From positions 7,973-71,972 of the forward strand of contig JBDLJC010000009.1 of assembly GCA_039714535.1 (NCBI GenBank): a stretch of DNA of 64,000 bases, given 5' to 3'. How positions within the stretch are numbered: position 1 is the first letter of the stretch; each line of letters starts with the position of its first letter. This stretch comes from Thermodesulfobacteriota bacterium (lineage in GTDB: Bacteria; Desulfobacterota; Desulfobulbia; Desulfobulbales; JAGXFP01). A program made the position numbers and the translations under genes. Shown piece after piece: positions 56,046-64,000 of the stretch. The notes below the pieces were generated by a model, which saw nothing but the letters and a program-made list of their open reading frames with translations, did no database searches and was not told where the DNA came from.

Positions 56046-56513
56046 ATGAAGATTGCCGGATTTAAGCCCAATGTTTCCGTTAAAACAAGGATCTTTCTGG
56101 CCGCCTTGCTGTGGAGTTGTATCGGTCTGCTGTTACTGTGGCGGGGCAGTAATGCTGTTGTCGGCACAGGGCGGGAATGGTTGCTCTTGATTTCTCTGCT
56201 GGTCGGTACCTTCAAATCCTGGGCCGTGCTTGATCGGGTGGCCGTTAAAAATATGATCCGCATTTTTGAGAAGGGTGAATACAGTTGCCTGGGCGGTGTT
56301 TATTCATGGAAGACTTGGCTGCTGGTCGTGGTCATGATTGTTTCTGGCAGGTTACTGAGGGCGTCGTCATTGCAGGCCTGGTTGGTCGGCCTTATATATG
56401 TTACCGTGGGCTGGAGTTTGTTCTGGTCGAGTCGTAAGGTCTGGGTCAGTTGGCGTAGTTTGTCCGGTCGGCCGGTTTCCGAATCAGACGGTGAGCAGAG
56501 TGATGGAAAGTAG
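56046..56513 (+). CDS. Hypothetical integral membrane protein
   Basis: ATG 56046 (MKIAGFKPN…). Four predicted hydrophobic helices. Overlaps the alr start by 11 nt. Confidence 0.55.
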   Translation: MKIAGFKPNVSVKTRIFLAALLWSCIGLLLLWRGSNAVVGTGREWLLLISLLVGTFKSWAVLDRVAVKNMIRIFEKGEYSCLGGVYSWKTWLLVVVMIVSGRLLRASSLQAWLVGLIYVTVGWSLFWSSRKVWVSWRSLSGRPVSESDGEQSDGK

Positions 56514-57645
56514 TAAGATTTCAACCCCTAATAATCTGGTCGAGATAGACCTGGCAGCTTTGCGGGGCAACTATCGGAGCATCCTAGCCCAGGTTGGCGA
56601 TGGAGTTCAGGTTATGGCCATTGTCAAGTCTGATGCTTACGGCCACGGTTTGATTCCCGTGGCCAAGGCCCTTGCCAGGGAAGGGGCTACGACTTTCGGG
56701 GTCGCTGAGGTTGACGAAGGGGTGAGATTACGGCAGGCCGGGATTAAAGGCGAGATTGTTATCTTGCTCGGGGTCAGGCCGGATGCTTTTTCGGTGATCG
56801 TTGAGTTTGCTCTGCAGCCCGTCGTTTATGATCTGGAGGGGCTTGCGGCCTTGGCCGCATATGCCGAGCAGCAAGAGCGACAGGTTGGCGTTCACTTGAA
56901 AATTGATACCGGCATGGGACGACTGGGAATAATGCCCGACCAGCTTGACCGTTACCTTGAGTTGCTGAAAGAATTATCCGGAGTTAGGCTGGCTGGGATC
57001 TTGAGTCATTTCCCCCGGGCCGATGATCGAGAGGATCGGACCCAGGCTATCGAGCAAAATCAACGATTTGCCGAAATATTGGCCAAGGTCCGGCAATGTT
57101 GCGGCAGTGGGCCTGCCCATATTGCCAATTCGGCCGCAATTCTTAATGTGTCGGACAGTCATTATGATCTGGTCAGGCCGGGGATTACCCTGTATGGTTG
57201 TTATCCTTTGCCGGAAGAGAAGATAAGCGCAAATCTGCAACTTAGGCCGGTTATGAGCTTCAAGACCAGGGTGATTCAGGTCAAGGAGGTCCCGACTGGA
57301 TATGGCATCAGTTACGGCCATACTTATACAACAAAGCGACCGACCAGATTGGCGGTGTTGCCGGTTGGCTATGCTGATGGTTATCTCCGACGACTTAGCG
57401 GCCGGGCCCATGTAATTATTGGTGGGCAAAAGGTGCCGATCCTGGGCCGGATCTGTATGAATGCCTGTCTGGCTGATATCACGGATCTTGACCAGGTCAG
57501 TGCAGGTGATGAGGTGGTACTGATGGGGTGTCAGGGTGGTGCGGAGATAACTGCCGACGACATAGCGGCTTGGTCGGACACGATAAGTTATGAAATACTC
57601 TGCCTGTTCGGAGGTAGTAACCGGCGGCTATATCTGCCGGATTAA
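56503..57645 (+). CDS. alr: Alanine racemase
   Basis: ATG 56503. PLP-lysine motif AIVKSDAYGHG. C-terminal beta-domain motif YGISYG…PVGYADGY. Confidence 0.9.
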   Translation: MESSKISTPNNLVEIDLAALRGNYRSILAQVGDGVQVMAIVKSDAYGHGLIPVAKALAREGATTFGVAEVDEGVRLRQAGIKGEIVILLGVRPDAFSVIVEFALQPVVYDLEGLAALAAYAEQQERQVGVHLKIDTGMGRLGIMPDQLDRYLELLKELSGVRLAGILSHFPRADDREDRTQAIEQNQRFAEILAKVRQCCGSGPAHIANSAAILNVSDSHYDLVRPGITLYGCYPLPEEKISANLQLRPVMSFKTRVIQVKEVPTGYGISYGHTYTTKRPTRLAVLPVGYADGYLRRLSGRAHVIIGGQKVPILGRICMNACLADITDLDQVSAGDEVVLMGCQGGAEITADDIAAWSDTISYEILCLFGGSNRRLYLPD

Positions 57646-57709
57646 TTTACTTTGATGATAATTTGCCGCTATTGAATGGCTTTAACATATTGAGAAGCAA
57701 GTTAAGGAT

Positions 57710-59368
57710 ATGATCAAAAAACGTTTGCAGGAAAGTCTGGACCGGTGTTTCAACCGGGGGGTGGTCGAAGGGTTATGGTCGGAAAAATCTGGTGGGGCTT
57801 ATGCCGTTGAAGAGCCCAAACAGGTTGCCCACGGGGATTATTCAACCAATATGGCGATGATCGTCGGTGGCCGCGAGAAAAAGAACCCTCGGGAAATTGC
57901 CGGTCTTCTGGTCGGGATGATGGCCGAAGAAACCGCCCTGGTCGATAAGGTGGAGATTGCCGGGCCGGGTTTCGTCAATTTTTTTATCAAACCAGAGGTC
58001 TGGCATTCGGTTTTACCTGAGGTCTGTACCCAGGATGAAAAATTTGGTCTGAGCGATATTGGTGCCGGCCGCAAGGTGCTGGTTGAATTTGTCAGTGCCA
58101 ATCCCACTGGGCCTTTGAGTATCGGCCATGGCCGTCAGGCGGTGCTCGGCGATGCCATTGCCCGGTTGTTGACTGCCACCGGTCATCAGGTGACCAGGGA
58201 ATACTATTACAACGATGCCGGACGGCAGATGCGGGTCCTGGGCGAATCTACCCGGGCCCGATATTTGGAACTGCTTGAGCTTGAACATCAGTTCCCGGAA
58301 GACGGTTACCAGGGAGAATACATCCGCGAGATTGCCGCTGAGTTGAGAGATTCTCAAGGTGACAGTCTCAAAGATGTTGCCGATGTTACCCCTTTCAAAG
58401 AGGCAGCCGAAAAATCCATTTTTGTCGATATCAATGCCACCCTGAACAGGCTGGGGATCAAATTCGATAATTATTACAATGAGCATTCCCTCTATGATGA
58501 AGGCCTGATCGATGATGTCGTCGATACCCTCCGAGACAAGGGTCTGGTGTACGAGCAGGATGGCGCGGTCTGGTTCAAGACCACCGAGTTTGGCCAGGAA
58601 AAAGATCGGGTCATTATCAAGAGTACCGGGGAGCCGACCTACCGGTTGCCGGATATCGCCTACCATCGGGAAAAATTTAAACGGGGCTTTGACTGGATGG
58701 TCGATATCTTTGGTTCCGACCATATCGCCACCGTACCGGATGTTATGGCCGGGGTCCAGGCCTTGGGCTATGACCCGGACAAGGTTACGGTGGTCCTGCA
58801 TCAGTTTGTCACCTTGATGCGGGAGGGCAAACAGGTCAAGATGTCGACCCGCAAAGCCACCTTTATTACCATCGATGAACTGGTCGAAGAGGTCGGGGTT
58901 GATGTGGTCCGGTTCTTCTTTCTGATGCGTAAAGCAGACAGTCAACTGGAGTTTGATCTTGATTTGGCCACCCAGCAGAGTCAGGAAAATCCGGTCTACT
59001 ACATGCAATATGGTCATGCCCGTCTGGCCAGCATCAACCGTAAGGCCATCGAGAAGGGGGTAGAGCGAGGAGCCCTGGCCGATATCCCCTTGCATCGCCT
59101 GGTAGAACCGGAGGAGCTACATCTGCTCAAGGCTCTGGCCGCCTGGCCCGAGCTGGTCGAGAGCGCCGCTTTGGGACTTGAGCCCCATCGGGTTGTTTTC
59201 TTTATGCAGGATCTGGCCGCGCAGTTTCATAGTTATTACAATAAGCATCGGGTTATCTCCGATGATCTGAAACTCTCGCAGGCCCGGCTCTGGTTGGCAG
59301 AAGGTATCCGGGTTATTCTGCGCAATGGCTTGAATCTCATCGGGGTTGATGCCCCGGAGACCATGTGA
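57710..59368 (+). CDS. argS: Arginine--tRNA ligase
   Basis: 552 aa. HIGH-type region SANPTGPLSIGHGR, KMSKS-like VKMSTRK, and a DALR anticodon-binding C-terminus. Confidence 0.95.
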   Translation: MIKKRLQESLDRCFNRGVVEGLWSEKSGGAYAVEEPKQVAHGDYSTNMAMIVGGREKKNPREIAGLLVGMMAEETALVDKVEIAGPGFVNFFIKPEVWHSVLPEVCTQDEKFGLSDIGAGRKVLVEFVSANPTGPLSIGHGRQAVLGDAIARLLTATGHQVTREYYYNDAGRQMRVLGESTRARYLELLELEHQFPEDGYQGEYIREIAAELRDSQGDSLKDVADVTPFKEAAEKSIFVDINATLNRLGIKFDNYYNEHSLYDEGLIDDVVDTLRDKGLVYEQDGAVWFKTTEFGQEKDRVIIKSTGEPTYRLPDIAYHREKFKRGFDWMVDIFGSDHIATVPDVMAGVQALGYDPDKVTVVLHQFVTLMREGKQVKMSTRKATFITIDELVEEVGVDVVRFFFLMRKADSQLEFDLDLATQQSQENPVYYMQYGHARLASINRKAIEKGVERGALADIPLHRLVEPEELHLLKALAAWPELVESAALGLEPHRVVFFMQDLAAQFHSYYNKHRVISDDLKLSQARLWLAEGIRVILRNGLNLIGVDAPETM

Positions 59369-59377
59369 GCACCGGCT

Positions 59378-59977
59378 ATGGCTTCTGGTAAGCGTAAGAA
59401 GGGCTTTTCGATAAAATTTGATCTTTCCCTCACCGGTCTGTTTGGGGTTGGGGTGGTCTTTTTCTGTATTTTCCTCTGGATGTTTCTGCTGGGTATCTGG
59501 TCCGGGCAAACCGTTTTGTCTCCAGGTCAGAACCGGCTAGCCGGGGTAAAGAAACCGCAGATTAAAACCCTGCAAACCGTAGCGAAAAAGCCAGTGATGC
59601 CAGTGGAACAGGCGGTTGTTGCGCCGGTGGTCAAAGCTGTGCCCGCCCCTGTTGTTAAAAAGAAAAAAGTTCCGGGTGCTAACAAAAAGGTGGTTACCCG
59701 AAAAACTAAACAGGTTGCTGAGCCCGAAGAAGATCCTGCTTTTTTTGCCGTCCAGGTGGCCGCTTTTAAGGATGCCGCCCTGGCCGTTAAGGAAGTTAAA
59801 TCTTGGCAGGATAAGGGATATAAATCTTTTTCCAGACCGCCGGAAGGGGCGGATGATAAGTTTACCCGGGTTTATATCGGTCATTTTGACAGTATGGAAG
59901 CTGCCAAAAAGAAGGCTGCGGCCCTGGCCAGTAAGGAAAAGATCAAGCCGTTTATTGTGCTGGTGCCGGCAGGATAG
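59378..59977 (+). CDS. SPOR-domain protein (septal peptidoglycan binding)
   Basis: One TM helix, a Pro/Lys/Val-rich linker, and a C-terminal SPOR fold FFAVQVAAFKD…YIGHFDSMEAAKK. Confidence 0.8.
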   Translation: MASGKRKKGFSIKFDLSLTGLFGVGVVFFCIFLWMFLLGIWSGQTVLSPGQNRLAGVKKPQIKTLQTVAKKPVMPVEQAVVAPVVKAVPAPVVKKKKVPGANKKVVTRKTKQVAEPEEDPAFFAVQVAAFKDAALAVKEVKSWQDKGYKSFSRPPEGADDKFTRVYIGHFDSMEAAKKKAAALASKEKIKPFIVLVPAG

Positions 59978-60188
59978 AATAACCGGGCGGAGCTTGACCG
60001 GGCAGGGATCCTGCAGTATGGTTGTCAGGTTTAATGGCTTAGCCATTCCTTGATTGCTACGGCCCTTGGCTGTTTTTTATGGGACCTCAGGTTTGACCGG
60101 TTAAGCTATTGAAATGTTTTGGAATTTGTCTTGGTCCGGACGGCGGTCGTCTCGGCCAATGTCATTTAATGGGTAATTGGTTTCCGAG

Positions 60189-60650
60189 ATGATCCGCAGG
60201 GCTTGCATTGATGATGTTAAAAAAATCTACGCCATCCTCCAGTATTTTTCCGTCAAGGAGTTGCTGCTTGGTCGCTCTTTGAGTTCTTTATATGACCAGT
60301 TACGTGATTTTGTGGTCTATGAGGATCCGCAAGATAAAGAGAAGGGGATAATCGGGGTTTGCGCCCTCCATGTCTGTTGGGAGAATCTGGCCGAGATTCG
60401 TTCGCTGGCGGTTGTTGAAGGCGAACATGGCAAAGGGGTGGGCCGGGAGTTGGTCCAGGTCTGTCTTGAGGATATGAAAGAGCTTGGCTTGAGTAGGGTC
60501 TTTACCCTAACCTATCAGCCGGGATTTTTCGACAAGTTGGGATTCAGGAAGGTTGATAAGAGCGAATTACCACACAAGGTCTGGAGCGATTGTATCCAGT
60601 GCCCCAAATTTCCGGATTGCAATGAAGAGGCGATGATCCGGGAAATATGA
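60189..60650 (+). CDS. GNAT-family N-acetyltransferase (short N-acetylglutamate-synthase-like)
   Basis: Acetyl-CoA motif GKGVGRELV. C-terminal KVWSDCIQCPKFPDCNEEAM is typical of short ArgA-like GNATs. The ORF is open from TTG 60177. Confidence 0.7.
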   Translation: MIRRACIDDVKKIYAILQYFSVKELLLGRSLSSLYDQLRDFVVYEDPQDKEKGIIGVCALHVCWENLAEIRSLAVVEGEHGKGVGRELVQVCLEDMKELGLSRVFTLTYQPGFFDKLGFRKVDKSELPHKVWSDCIQCPKFPDCNEEAMIREI

Positions 60651-60690
60651 TGGCTTAGTAGCTAAGCGAAGACTGCGAAAAGGACCCAAA

Positions 60691-60724
60691 GGGTTCTGTT
60701 CAATTCCCCCTTGAGGGGGGCATA
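60691..60724. repeat. Dispersed hairpin repeat, copy 3 (core only)
   Basis: gggttctgttcaattcccccttgaggggggcata. Same core as copies 1 and 2 but lacks the outer CTTATACC arm. Confidence 0.6.
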
Positions 60725-60863
60725 TCAATCTAAATATATCAACTTGGTCAACGTTAAATCAATAAGTTAGATGGCACCGTCCGTTCGTCTCGCGGTTTTT
60801 CGAAGTATCACTTCGTTCCCTATCTGTGAGACCGACAAATATAAGCCAAGGAGCTTGAAATAA

Positions 60864-63401
60864 ATGATCGGAAGTTTACTAACCAAGATTTTCGGCAGCA
60901 AGAACGAAAGGGTCCTGAAAGAGATCCAACCCATAGTGGATGCCATTAATGATCTGGAACCCGAGATCAAGAAACTGGATGATCAGGCCCTGGCGGCCAA
61001 GACCGTTGAGTTTAGAGAGCGGCTTGCCAAGGGTGAGACCGTTGATGATCTTCTGGTTGAAGCCTTTGCCGTGGTGCGGGAAGCCGCCTGGCGGACCGTG
61101 GAAATGCGGCCCTTCGATGTCCAGTTGATCGGCGGCATTGTTCTGCATCAGGGCAAGATTGCCGAGATGAAAACCGGTGAGGGTAAGACCCTGGTCGCTA
61201 CCATGCCGGTTTATCTTAATGCCTTGAGCGGTCATGGCTCCCACGTGGTGACCGTTAATGATTATTTGGCCAGTCGTGATGCCGAATGGATGAGCAAGGT
61301 CTATAGCTTTCTGGGCATGAGCACCGGAGTGATTGTCCATGATATGGAGGATCAGGACCGGCGGGCGGCCTATGCCAGTGATATTACCTATGGCACTAAT
61401 AACGAGTTCGGTTTTGATTATCTGCGCGATAATATGAAGTTTGCCGAGGAAGATTTTTGCCAGCGGCCCTTGAACTTCGCCATTGTCGATGAAGTTGATT
61501 CTATCTTGATCGATGAGGCGCGGACGCCGCTGATTATCTCCGGGCCGTCGGATATGTCGACCGAGCTTTATCAGCGGGTGGACCGGCTGGCGTCCAACTT
61601 TAAGCAAGAAATCCATTTTACCATCGATGAAAAATCCCGGGCCTTGTCACTTACCGATGAGGGTGTGGCCCTGGGTGAAAAGCTTTTGGAGATTGACAAT
61701 CTCTATGATCCCGAGAATATCGAGTGGTTGCATCATCTCAATCAGGCCCTGAGGGCCAATTTTGTTTTCAGCCGCGATGTTGACTATTTGGTTCGGGACG
61801 GTGATGTCCTGATCGTTGATGAATTCACCGGTCGGGCTCTGCCGGGGCGTCGCTATAGTGATGGCCTGCATCAGGCCCTAGAAGCCAAGGAAAAGGTCAA
61901 GGTCGAAAAGGAAAACCAGACCCTGGCCTCGATCACCTTCCAGAACTATTTCCGCATGTACGACAAGCTGGCCGGCATGACCGGTACCGCCGATACCGAG
62001 GCGGTTGAGTTCAAAAAGATCTACAACCTTGATGTGGTGACGATTCCGACTAATCACACCATGGTCCGTGCCGATTATGCCGATTCAATTTACAAAAACA
62101 AGAAGGCCAAGTTTCGGGCCGTGGTCAAGGAGATCCAGGCCCTGCATAAGGATGGGCGGCCGGTATTGGTCGGTACGATCAGTATTGACATATCGGAGCA
62201 GATCTCCTCAATGCTCAAAAAGGCCGGGGTTAAACATGCGGTCTTGAATGCCAAGCACCATGAAAATGAAGCCAAGATCATCGCTGAGGCGGGTGAGCGG
62301 GGCCGGGTGACCATTGCCACCAATATGGCTGGTCGGGGTACCGACATCAAGCTTGGTGAGGGGGTCGCCGAGTTGGGTGGGCTGCATATTCTGGGCACCA
62401 GCAGGCATGAATCCCGCCGGATCGACAATCAGCTGCGGGGCCGGGCTGGGCGCCAGGGCGATAATGGTTCTTCCCGTTTCTTTCTGTCGCTGGAAGATGA
62501 TCTGTTGCGCATTTTCGGTTCTGATCGTATTTCCGGGATTATGGACAAGCTGGGGATGGAAGAGGACGAACCGGTCGAGCATCAGATGATCAGTAAGGCC
62601 ATCGAGAACGCCCAGCGTAAGGTTGAAGGGCATAACTTCGAGATTCGTAAACATCTTCTCGAATACGATGACGTCATGAACAAACAGCGGGAAGTGATCT
62701 ATCGACAGCGCCGGGAGATCATGCTCAACGACAATGTTCAAGATGATATCATGGAGATGATTGCAGACCTGGCCGACATGATTGCTGGTGGGGTGGCCGA
62801 TCCCCGGTTGGCTTCCCTCGAATGGGCTTGGGATAGTCTCCATGAGCAGCTGCATTCGAGCTTTGGTTTGGAATTTGGGCTGAGTGATGAAGAAAAAGAG
62901 GACATTAGCGCCGATAAACTGATCGAGAAACTGACTGTTTTCCTGAACGATGCCTATGGGCTGCGGGAAAAGGAAAATGGTTCCGAAAACATGCGTAACC
63001 TCGAGAAACTGGTCCTCCTCCAGGTTATCGATCAGCACTGGAAAGAGCATCTGCTGAATATGGACCATCTCAAAGAGGGGATCAGTCTGCGTGGCTACGG
63101 GCAGAAAAACCCCCTTAACGAGTACAAGCGTGAAGGCTTCGAGATGTTCATGGAGCTGATGGATACCATCAAGCATCAGACCATCAGACAGCTTTTCCTG
63201 ATTCGATTGGTCGAGGAAGACGAGATTGAGCGGCTGGCCCGTGAGCAGCGGGAGCGCAAGCAGGAAATGGAGCTGCGCCACGGCGAATCAGCCGGGGAGC
63301 GCAAGCCGGTTCGGCGTGAAGGAGAAAAGATCGGGCGTAATTCGCCCTGTCCCTGCGGCAGCGGCAAGAAATATAAGAAATGTTGCGGGCGGGCTTCCTG
63401 A
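60864..63401 (+). CDS. secA: Preprotein translocase ATPase SecA
   Basis: 845 aa. Walker [28 protein letters not shown], and a C-terminal zinc finger [14 protein letters not shown]. Confidence 0.97.
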   Translation: MIGSLLTKIFGSKNERVLKEIQPIVDAINDLEPEIKKLDDQALAAKTVEFRERLAKGETVDDLLVEAFAVVREAAWRTVEMRPFDVQLIGGIVLHQGKIAEMKTGEGKTLVATMPVYLNALSGHGSHVVTVNDYLASRDAEWMSKVYSFLGMSTGVIVHDMEDQDRRAAYASDITYGTNNEFGFDYLRDNMKFAEEDFCQRPLNFAIVDEVDSILIDEARTPLIISGPSDMSTELYQRVDRLASNFKQEIHFTIDEKSRALSLTDEGVALGEKLLEIDNLYDPENIEWLHHLNQALRANFVFSRDVDYLVRDGDVLIVDEFTGRALPGRRYSDGLHQALEAKEKVKVEKENQTLASITFQNYFRMYDKLAGMTGTADTEAVEFKKIYNLDVVTIPTNHTMVRADYADSIYKNKKAKFRAVVKEIQALHKDGRPVLVGTISIDISEQISSMLKKAGVKHAVLNAKHHENEAKIIAEAGERGRVTIATNMAGRGTDIKLGEGVAELGGLHILGTSRHESRRIDNQLRGRAGRQGDNGSSRFFLSLEDDLLRIFGSDRISGIMDKLGMEEDEPVEHQMISKAIENAQRKVEGHNFEIRKHLLEYDDVMNKQREVIYRQRREIMLNDNVQDDIMEMIADLADMIAGGVADPRLASLEWAWDSLHEQLHSSFGLEFGLSDEEKEDISADKLIEKLTVFLNDAYGLREKENGSENMRNLEKLVLLQVIDQHWKEHLLNMDHLKEGISLRGYGQKNPLNEYKREGFEMFMELMDTIKHQTIRQLFLIRLVEEDEIERLAREQRERKQEMELRHGESAGERKPVRREGEKIGRNSPCPCGSGKKYKKCCGRAS

Positions 63402-63408
63402 TGGCGTC

Positions 63409-63516
63409 GCAGAAATTCCGATCTACTGCGTCGTAGCACATTTTTGTTCGTTCGGCATACTGTTGTATGGCCTCTCTCTCAAAAATGTACTACTCCTTGT
63501 ACCTCGAAATTTCTGC
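63409..63516. repeat. 108-nt imperfect long palindrome immediately after secA
   Basis: Arms gcagaaattccga…gtagcacatttttg / caaaaatgtactac…tcgaaatttctgc. Contains GAAATTCCGATCTA, related to the element at 55760..55915. Confidence 0.55.
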
Positions 63517-63632
63517 TTAGCCATCGCTTAACTAAGACTGTTGAAAAACACACCTCCGAAAACACCAAATCTCTTGATTGATTCGCTTAGCATTCCGATA
63601 TATTTCTATAACCTCAAATTTGAACAATTATT

Positions 63633-64000
63633 ATGAACGACTTCAAGATAAATGGCTTTAGGGCAGCAGCGGTAAGGTCCGGTATCCGGGGTAAGGACCG
63701 GCTGGATATGGGGCTTATTGTCTGTGATCGGCCTGCTGTCGCGGCCGGAGTGTTTACGACCAGTCAGGTCAAGGCTGCCCCGGTGCTGCTCGACATGGAA
63801 AGACTGGCCGACGGCAAGGCCCGGGCTCTGCTGGTTAATTCCGGCATTGCCAATGCCTGTTCCGGCGCGGCCGGGATGGCGGCGGCCATCAGCAGCAGCA
63901 AGCTGGTTGGTGACGGGCTGGAGATTTCCGAGGACGATGTGCTGGTCGCGTCGACCGGGGTAATCGGTGAGCAGCTTGATCTGGCCTGTTTCGAAAAAGG
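63633..64000 (+). CDS. argJ: Bifunctional glutamate N-acetyltransferase / amino-acid acetyltransferase ArgJ (5' part, runs off the window)
   Basis: My own translation from ATG 63633 gives MNDFKINGFRAAAVRSGIRGKDRLDMGLIV…VNSGIANACSG…VASTGVIGEQL, which is typical ArgJ. It is absent from the ORF track because there is no stop in the window. Confidence 0.9.
   Translation, partial: MNDFKINGFRAAAVRSGIRGKDRLDMGLIVCDRPAVAAGVFTTSQVKAAPVLLDMERLADGKARALLVNSGIANACSGAAGMAAAISSSKLVGDGLEISEDDVLVASTGVIGEQLDLACFEK

Noticed and set aside
58013-59095. 360-aa ORF antisense to argS, and similar antisense ORFs 60879-61616 and 62208-63281 within secA
   Set aside because: Each lies fully inside a well-supported essential gene on the other strand and shows no motifs. 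They are treated as shadow ORFs.
1-64000. Search for mobile elements, prophage, defence islands, toxin-antitoxin pairs and CRISPR-Cas
   Set aside because: I recognised no transposase, integrase, recombinase, phage structural, restriction-modification, cas or TA-like ORFs in any frame. dgt, ogt and the PLD nuclease look like single housekeeping-type genes, not clustered defence modules.

Overview
This 64-kb window looks like ordinary chromosome from a sulfate/sulfite-reducing member of the Desulfobacterota, possibly Desulfobulbales-like. The taxon is inferred from gene content and protein style; all calls were made by eye and no database search was run. I recognise about 56 protein-coding genes. 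I found no rRNA or tRNA, no transposase, integrase or phage genes, and no CRISPR array or cas genes.

Gene blocks, in order:
1. 177-12576: a phosphate locus. It holds a Na/Pi cotransporter and phoB-phoR-pstSCAB-phoU on the minus strand. A three-gene operon (B12-binding radical SAM, BtrH_N/DUF4872-like protein, small protein) and a ~1-kb AT-rich gene-free tract are wedged into it.
2. 12998-28163: housekeeping and miscellaneous genes. These are cyclophilin, a YgiQ radical SAM, a PAS-GGDEF cyclase, an activase-like ASKHA pair, lptFG, crcB, a DUF4445 RACo-like protein, a DHH phosphoesterase, a deaminase plus radical-SAM pair, MscS and a dGTPase.
3. 28540-40630: cell-envelope genes. These are an SDR, an MltD-like lytic transglycosylase, an 1184-aa class A PBP with a large charged insertion, a lipoprotein, ogt, a D,D-carboxypeptidase, a 5-FCL-family protein and a frameshifted tatC.
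4. 40743-55749: dissimilatory sulfur metabolism. These are sat, a CoADR-rhodanese fusion divergent from dsrA-dsrB-dsrD, a YkgJ Cys-cluster protein, a TPR / Zn-ribbon / TPR operon, a DsrN-type amidase and a 7-Cys ferredoxin. aroB and a secreted PLD/HhH nuclease are interspersed.
5. 56046-64000: alr, argS, a SPOR protein, a GNAT, secA and the 5' part of argJ.

No single clearly novel system stands out. The items most worth follow-up are:
- the rSAM/BtrH-like operon and the adjacent repeat-bearing noncoding tract
- two families of dispersed structured intergenic repeats
- the tatC homopolymer frameshift
- the translationally coupled deaminase-rSAM pair
- the uncharacterised operon embedded in the dsr locus
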